Shown here: piece after piece, positions 59,528-64,000 of the stretch
Position numbering within the stretch: position 1 is the stretch's first letter
Layout of the letters: the number at the start of each line of letters is the position of its first letter
Source of the DNA: a virus
Direction: 5' to 3' (one strand)
Length of the DNA stretch: 64,000 nucleotides
Virus record (IMG/VR): IMGVR_UViG_3300034782_000062
Span: 1-64,000 of that record
Translations under genes and position numbers: made by a program
The notes under the pieces: generated by a model
Told to the model about the DNA's origin: nothing
Databases searched by the model: none
What the model saw: the letters and a program-made list of their open reading frames with translations, nothing else

Positions 59528-62257
59528 TTAGCCGATCAGCTTGGACAGCTCGACCTGAAGAGCAGAGAGGTACTTACGACCCTGGTAGGACGCCAGCATG
59601 CTCTCAGGGATGACCTGCTGGATGTCAGCCACCAATTGCTGGATTGGTGTCTGAGCAAATGGCCGCAACTGCTCGGGGGGAGCGACCTGCATGATGGTCC
59701 CTGCGAGAACATTCGGCGGAACACCGTTTGTCATCGACTCTTCGAGACCTGAGATCATGGCTTTCATCTGCTCTGCAACATCTGGCGGAATCTTCTCTGT
59801 CGAGATGGGAGGTTGCTGTGGCTGGGCAGGGGAGACCACTGGTTGAGGCTGAGCCGCTGGAGCGGCCGGCGCAGATCTTGGCGACTCCGGAGTCGATGGC
59901 GAATGAATTCGTTCCATTTCCTCTGGGGTGATCTGAGGACTTTTCGACTCGGGAGACGTTCCCATCGAATAACTCGACGTCGCCGGTGGAACTGTCGCCC
60001 TCACCACCCCCTCTGAGTCAACCTGACTGCGAATTTGAGGAGCCGGTTCCGGTCCCGGCCCTGCCTCCTCGACTTCGTCGTCGACAAAAGATCCTGTCAC
60101 GACACCACCACCGGGCTCCATGACCTCCTCTTCATACTCTTCCTCATCGACCATCACCTGATGGGAGTATGGCTGAGCTTGTGGCGGCGGCGAATAGGTT
60201 GGCTGAGGAGGTGGTCCATAGGAAGGACCGGGCGCCGGCTGATGGGGCATTCCGTATACAGCCCCAGGTGGCGGTCCATAACTTGGCTGAACCTGACCCG
60301 GGAGACCAGGCATCATGCCGGGCATGGGCGCACCAGGATGCATACCAGCAGCACCAGCCGCCATGTTCTTCAGGAACTCAAACACGCTTTCTCCGACGTT
60401 GGACTCGGAGAACTGCATGACCTTGCCCCACCACGTCTTCGGCTCTTCCTGCTTTGGTTCCAGGTCGACGTCGGCAGATAGAGCCCCAGCACCCACCGAA
60501 GCACCGCCAAGACCAAGCACACCAGACAGAGATTCACCAACCGTCTTGAGCTTCTGCGCCTGAGTGACCAAGTCTCCCTGATCGGCCACCTTCTGCTTTG
60601 TCGCGTCGAGATCGGCCCTGGCGCGAGCCAACTCCTGCTGCAGGGAATCGATTTGAGCCTTATAGCTCGTCTCCTGGAGCTTGACCGACATGTCGAGCTG
60701 CGTGTTAAGCTGAGAAATCGCGGCTTCGTGCTGGGCCTTCAGACTCGCGATAGCAGCTTCACCACGAGTACGCTCTTGTTCGACCTGGTTGCCAAGAGAG
60801 CCTGTGAGCTGGGTAACCTGCGTCTCGTGAAGAGACTTCATGTGGTCGAGCTGCATCTGATTGTTTCGATCAGCCGTATCTCGCTCAGTGCGTGCTCTTT
60901 CCTGTGCCTGGTCCAAAGCGGCTCTAGCCCGGTCTTGCTCCTGATCGAAACGACGTTGCCAGTCGTCGTTCAGCTTCTCGTAACGCTGCTTGGCTTGAGT
61001 CTCTGCATCGTTGTAACGACGATCAGCCTCTTCCTTCAGGCGCTCTACCTCCTTGCGGTTGTTGTCTCGCTCTCGCTCCATCTCTCGCTTGAACTGTTCT
61101 TGCTCTCTGTCGAGACGACCCTGAAGCTCGCTTCGTACTCGATCGACCTCGTCTCGATTTCTCTCCTGTAGGTTTGTGATCTCGCGCTCATATCTTTCTC
61201 TCAGCGCGTTCACCTCTTGTTCGTGACGGTCCTGAAGCTGAGTGAGCTGAGTGAGTCTTGACTCGTTGAGCGCGTTGATCTCGGAGCGATGCTGCTCGGT
61301 CAGACTCGCGAGCATTTCAGGCGGGATACCGTGGTTCTGATTACTGACCTTGGCGATCATACGCTCGAAATCCTGGCGATGCTGCTGTTCTGTCTTCCGA
61401 AGACGCTCTGCGGCGGCTCTCTCACTCTCAATCGCTCGGTCAGCAGACTCTTTGATCATCAAGAGCGCTTCTGATGAAAGACCTTCACCGCCTACCTTTC
61501 TGGTCGCCTCATCGATTAGGCGCTCACGGAGTTGCTTTGCCTCCTCCGAAGCAGAGTCAGCCAGCTTGCCGAGACGATCGAAGCTCATCCGAACCATCTC
61601 AGGGTCTTCGCCGTTACCCCTCCCGCCGCCTTCCTCATCTTCCCACGCCGCTTGTGCTCTTCTACCTCCTCTTCTCGCCATCTGTGCCTCCCGTATCTGC
61701 GCTTGAGACGGAGGACCACCCTGCGGATTGCTGAGCATGATGCCGCCATCATCGAAAGCGAGGTGTTTGTCCATCGCGCTCACGATAGGTTCACCACTTA
61801 TTTTTACCCTGGTTCCATCGAGGAAACCCTTGGACGTTCCGGCCCTCGGATTCGGCCCACGAATTTTGAGGTCGTAGACGCCACCGCCGAAGTGCTCACG
61901 GATGAAAGCCTCGTCGATCGAGTGCGGAAATGAGGCGATGTAGCCCTGGATGTTTCGCCCGTGCCAGTTCTGTGGCTGCACTCTGAGCACCGAGACGTCA
62001 TAGTCGCCCGATTCCCAGTCGTAGCGGTTCATGACCTCCATCATGTCGCCCTGAGCCAGAGACGTTTTCACTTGTGATTCCACAAAGGCACGCCTTCGAG
62101 GTGGCTGAGCCGTCCTGGGGACGTCGTCTTGACCACCACTTTTTTTCTTCCGGCGCTTCTTGGCCGGTTTTGGCTTTGAAGTCGGCGTCTGTTCGACATC
62201 TTCTTCATCGAGGAGATCGGGGTCTGTGCCCATTTCCTCTTCCGGTACTTCAGCCAT
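59528..62257 (-). CDS. 909-aa protein: globular N-domain, about 340-aa coiled coil, Pro-rich region, helical C-domain
   Basis: Long E/Q/R heptad region; amphipathic WWGKVMQF. Confidence 0.8.
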   Translation of the reverse strand: MAEVPEEEMGTDPDLLDEEDVEQTPTSKPKPAKKRRKKKSGGQDDVPRTAQPPRRRAFVESQVKTSLAQGDMMEVMNRYDWESGDYDVSVLRVQPQNWHGRNIQGYIASFPHSIDEAFIREHFGGGVYDLKIRGPNPRAGTSKGFLDGTRVKISGEPIVSAMDKHLAFDDGGIMLSNPQGGPPSQAQIREAQMARRGGRRAQAAWEDEEGGGRGNGEDPEMVRMSFDRLGKLADSASEEAKQLRERLIDEATRKVGGEGLSSEALLMIKESADRAIESERAAAERLRKTEQQHRQDFERMIAKVSNQNHGIPPEMLASLTEQHRSEINALNESRLTQLTQLQDRHEQEVNALRERYEREITNLQERNRDEVDRVRSELQGRLDREQEQFKREMERERDNNRKEVERLKEEADRRYNDAETQAKQRYEKLNDDWQRRFDQEQDRARAALDQAQERARTERDTADRNNQMQLDHMKSLHETQVTQLTGSLGNQVEQERTRGEAAIASLKAQHEAAISQLNTQLDMSVKLQETSYKAQIDSLQQELARARADLDATKQKVADQGDLVTQAQKLKTVGESLSGVLGLGGASVGAGALSADVDLEPKQEEPKTWWGKVMQFSESNVGESVFEFLKNMAAGAAGMHPGAPMPGMMPGLPGQVQPSYGPPPGAVYGMPHQPAPGPSYGPPPQPTYSPPPQAQPYSHQVMVDEEEYEEEVMEPGGGVVTGSFVDDEVEEAGPGPEPAPQIRSQVDSEGVVRATVPPATSSYSMGTSPESKSPQITPEEMERIHSPSTPESPRSAPAAPAAQPQPVVSPAQPQQPPISTEKIPPDVAEQMKAMISGLEESMTNGVPPNVLAGTIMQVAPPEQLRPFAQTPIQQLVADIQQVIPESMLASYQGRKYLSALQVELSKLIG

Positions 62258-63164
62258 TTTTCTTCTCCTCCCCTTGCTCAGCTACCTCCGCTGCAGGCGG
62301 CTCTGGAGTGGGCTCAGGAGTGGGCTCGGGAGCTGCTTGCTCAACCGCTGCCTCTTCAGTTGGCGGCGGTTCGGGAGCTGATTCCTGTTGTGGCTCGGTC
62401 TCGGGCGCCACAGAGGCTGCCTCGGGTGCCGGGCTCTCGACCAGAGGCGCCTCCTGAGACGGCGAAGTCTCGGGCTCTGGAGCAGCGGGGGCAGTGGATT
62501 CCTCCGCCTCCGGAGCCGCCACCTCCGCTTTAGCAGCGTCGGCAGCCGCCGCTTGTTCCTCGGTCATTTGAGAGCGAGGTTCGAGCACCTCGGGAGTTTC
62601 GACATCTTCTTCGTCTTCCTCTTCGTCCTCCTCTTCCTCTTCCTCCGAAAGAGTGATCTCCTGAATCCTGGCGATGAGCCCAGGCGCCCTGGCGATCATC
62701 ATTTGCACCGAGTGGGCAACCTCTGGATTTCCCTTGGTGAGGTTGACCAGAAGGCCGAAGAGCTGGAGCGACTGACCGATGAACTCGATGAGCTGCTCAG
62801 CGAACTCGGGGCTGATGCCCTCTCCGCCCGTGCCCTCGACCTCGTCCTCGATATTGCTGACTCGCTCGTGGAGGTCACCGGTATACCAGTTGGCCATCTG
62901 AGCGAAGTCGACCAGGATGGGGTAGAGGTCGTTGATCAAGAACATCTTGAGCCGCGCCGGATTGGCCTGCGGCATCTGCTTGAGCGTCTGCATCCCCATC
63001 TGCAGCGCTTCGGAGATGCCGAGGAACTCTGTGTTGGGAATGCTCCCCGGATCTTGGACGTCGGCCACCTGTTCCTCGGCCTGGGGCTGCTCGGGAGCTG
63101 CCTGGGGCTGAGCTGATGCCTCGGTCGTTGAGTCTGCGGTCGGCTGTGCCTGGGCTTCACCCAT
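62250..63164 (-). CDS. Helical protein with acidic Pro/Ala/Glu-rich termini
   Basis: AGGAGG SD; packed. Confidence 0.7.
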   Translation of the reverse strand: MGEAQAQPTADSTTEASAQPQAAPEQPQAEEQVADVQDPGSIPNTEFLGISEALQMGMQTLKQMPQANPARLKMFLINDLYPILVDFAQMANWYTGDLHERVSNIEDEVEGTGGEGISPEFAEQLIEFIGQSLQLFGLLVNLTKGNPEVAHSVQMMIARAPGLIARIQEITLSEEEEEEDEEEDEEDVETPEVLEPRSQMTEEQAAAADAAKAEVAAPEAEESTAPAAPEPETSPSQEAPLVESPAPEAASVAPETEPQQESAPEPPPTEEAAVEQAAPEPTPEPTPEPPAAEVAEQGEEKKNG

Positions 63165-63999
63165 TGTGATCCTCCTTCATGGATTCCATTGCTGCTTCGG
63201 TCTCTGCGAGCATTTCGCCCGCCGTCTTTCCTGTTTTTTCGACGCCTTCGTCGATTTCTCGCTCGGCCATAAGTTTTCTATAGCGAGCGATCGTTTGAAT
63301 GTTTTTCGCGGCGATCGCGGCGATCTGGGGGTTGTTTCCAAGAGGTCGCCAGCCGGTACAAGCCATTACCGGTCGTTCTCGCAGACTGTAAAGGCGACCA
63401 AGTCCTCCGAGGCGCAAACACCACCGGTGCGACTCCATATCTTCTTCGGTCGGCTTTCGAATGATCATTTCGATGAACGACTCGCAGGGACCAAAAGCGC
63501 AGATGCCGAGATTTACCTTCTGGTCAATCTCCAACTGACGTATCTCGGCAAGAACAAGAGAGTTTTGTACGCACGCTCTTCGGATTCTGTCCGGGTCTCC
63601 GTGACCGACCGGCTCGAACGCAGTGCAGCCCTTGATCTCGGCCTCGGTGAGGTCTGTCTGCTCGGCCCAGGTCCGTACTTTCCCACACCACCGTCCAATC
63701 TCGACATTCTGATCGGAGTCGGGCGCTGGCCCCTCAAATACGAGGCTGACGTTTTCTGTGTAGTGTCGACACTCTCCTAGACAGATGAAGTTCTCGATGT
63801 CTACGGCTGGTGGCGGATCGAGAATGCTCTGCTCGCCTTCCAGCTCTGGGAACATAACGAAGCCATCTGCATCGACGGCCATCGTAATTCCAGGAACAAA
63901 GGACTCAGCCTCCATATCGGCTCTTGCATCTGGGTCTCCAGCAGCTCTTTTGGGGTCGTCGCCAAAGATTCCTTCATCATCGTTTTCGTCGAACAGATA
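63157..63999 (-). CDS. Protein with a duplicated 4-Cys domain; probably 5'-truncated by the window
   Basis: CLGECRHY...RWC...GCTAFEP and CAFGPCESF...RWC...ACTGWRP. The frame stays open from 63915 to the window end (YLFDENDDEGIFGDDP...). Confidence 0.7.
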   Translation of the reverse strand, partial: YLFDENDDEGIFGDDPKRAAGDPDARADMEAESFVPGITMAVDADGFVMFPELEGEQSILDPPPAVDIENFICLGECRHYTENVSLVFEGPAPDSDQNVEIGRWCGKVRTWAEQTDLTEAEIKGCTAFEPVGHGDPDRIRRACVQNSLVLAEIRQLEIDQKVNLGICAFGPCESFIEMIIRKPTEEDMESHRWCLRLGGLGRLYSLRERPVMACTGWRPLGNNPQIAAIAAKNIQTIARYRKLMAEREIDEGVEKTGKTAGEMLAETEAAMESMKEDHNG

Positions 64000-64000
64000 T

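Larger units (their letters stand above)
1..64000 (-). mobile_element. Segment of a large bacterial virus/provirus genome, probably tailless and membrane-containing (jelly-roll capsid type)
   Basis: All credible genes are on one strand and tightly packed, with no host housekeeping genes. It has capsid-like beta-rich genes, holin-like and muralytic genes, and many small TM proteins. No terminase, portal or tail genes. No packaging ATPase or integrase inside the window. Confidence 0.75.

Noticed and set aside
12-63780. The many plus-strand ORFs in the track (for example 566-1159, 32633-33439, 35038-36003, 53230-54255)
   Set aside because: All lie antisense to well-supported minus-strand genes and show no recognisable motifs.
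1-64000. Eukaryotic giant virus or recoded genetic code
   Set aside because: SD sites, sigma70-type promoters, PG-binding and muralytic domains indicate a bacterial host; all three stop codons end genes normally.

Overview
This window reads as a 64-kb segment of a large bacterial virus genome, not ordinary host chromosome. About 88 tightly packed genes are all on the minus strand, with Shine-Dalgarno sites, TTGACA-type promoters and many TGATG/ATGA overlaps. I saw no terminase, portal, tail, integrase, tRNA or CRISPR array. Layout in transcription order (right to left): (1) Cys-rich, acidic and coiled-coil proteins; (2) a transglutaminase-like Cys-His-Asp enzyme heading a 27-gene cassette of small, mostly C-terminally anchored membrane proteins with a shared M(S/T)YEY...G[LM]G leader, a hypervariable six-cysteine 'CCP' domain and/or peptidoglycan-binding domains; (3) a 1171-aa basic core-like protein and three probable single jelly-roll capsid proteins, separated by structured intergenic RNAs; (4) membrane-anchored cargo-like proteins carrying a recurrent x-N-P motif (SleB-like, clan-CD peptidase-like, multi-HTH, SGNH); (5) an ART-like/NUDIX cluster; (6) lysis-like genes; (7) a large glycosyltransferase island. 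At DNA level, a 13-bp palindrome CRTCYT-S-ARGAYG occurs 10 times perfectly (19 times as an 11-bp core), including at structural and lysis promoters. A second operator, ATAGCA-N2-TGCTAT, sits in three promoters. Best interpretation (inference): an unusually large tailless, membrane-containing virus with a protease-plus-leader-peptide system for a diversified membrane-protein array. All family calls come from motif recognition by eye; no searches were run.
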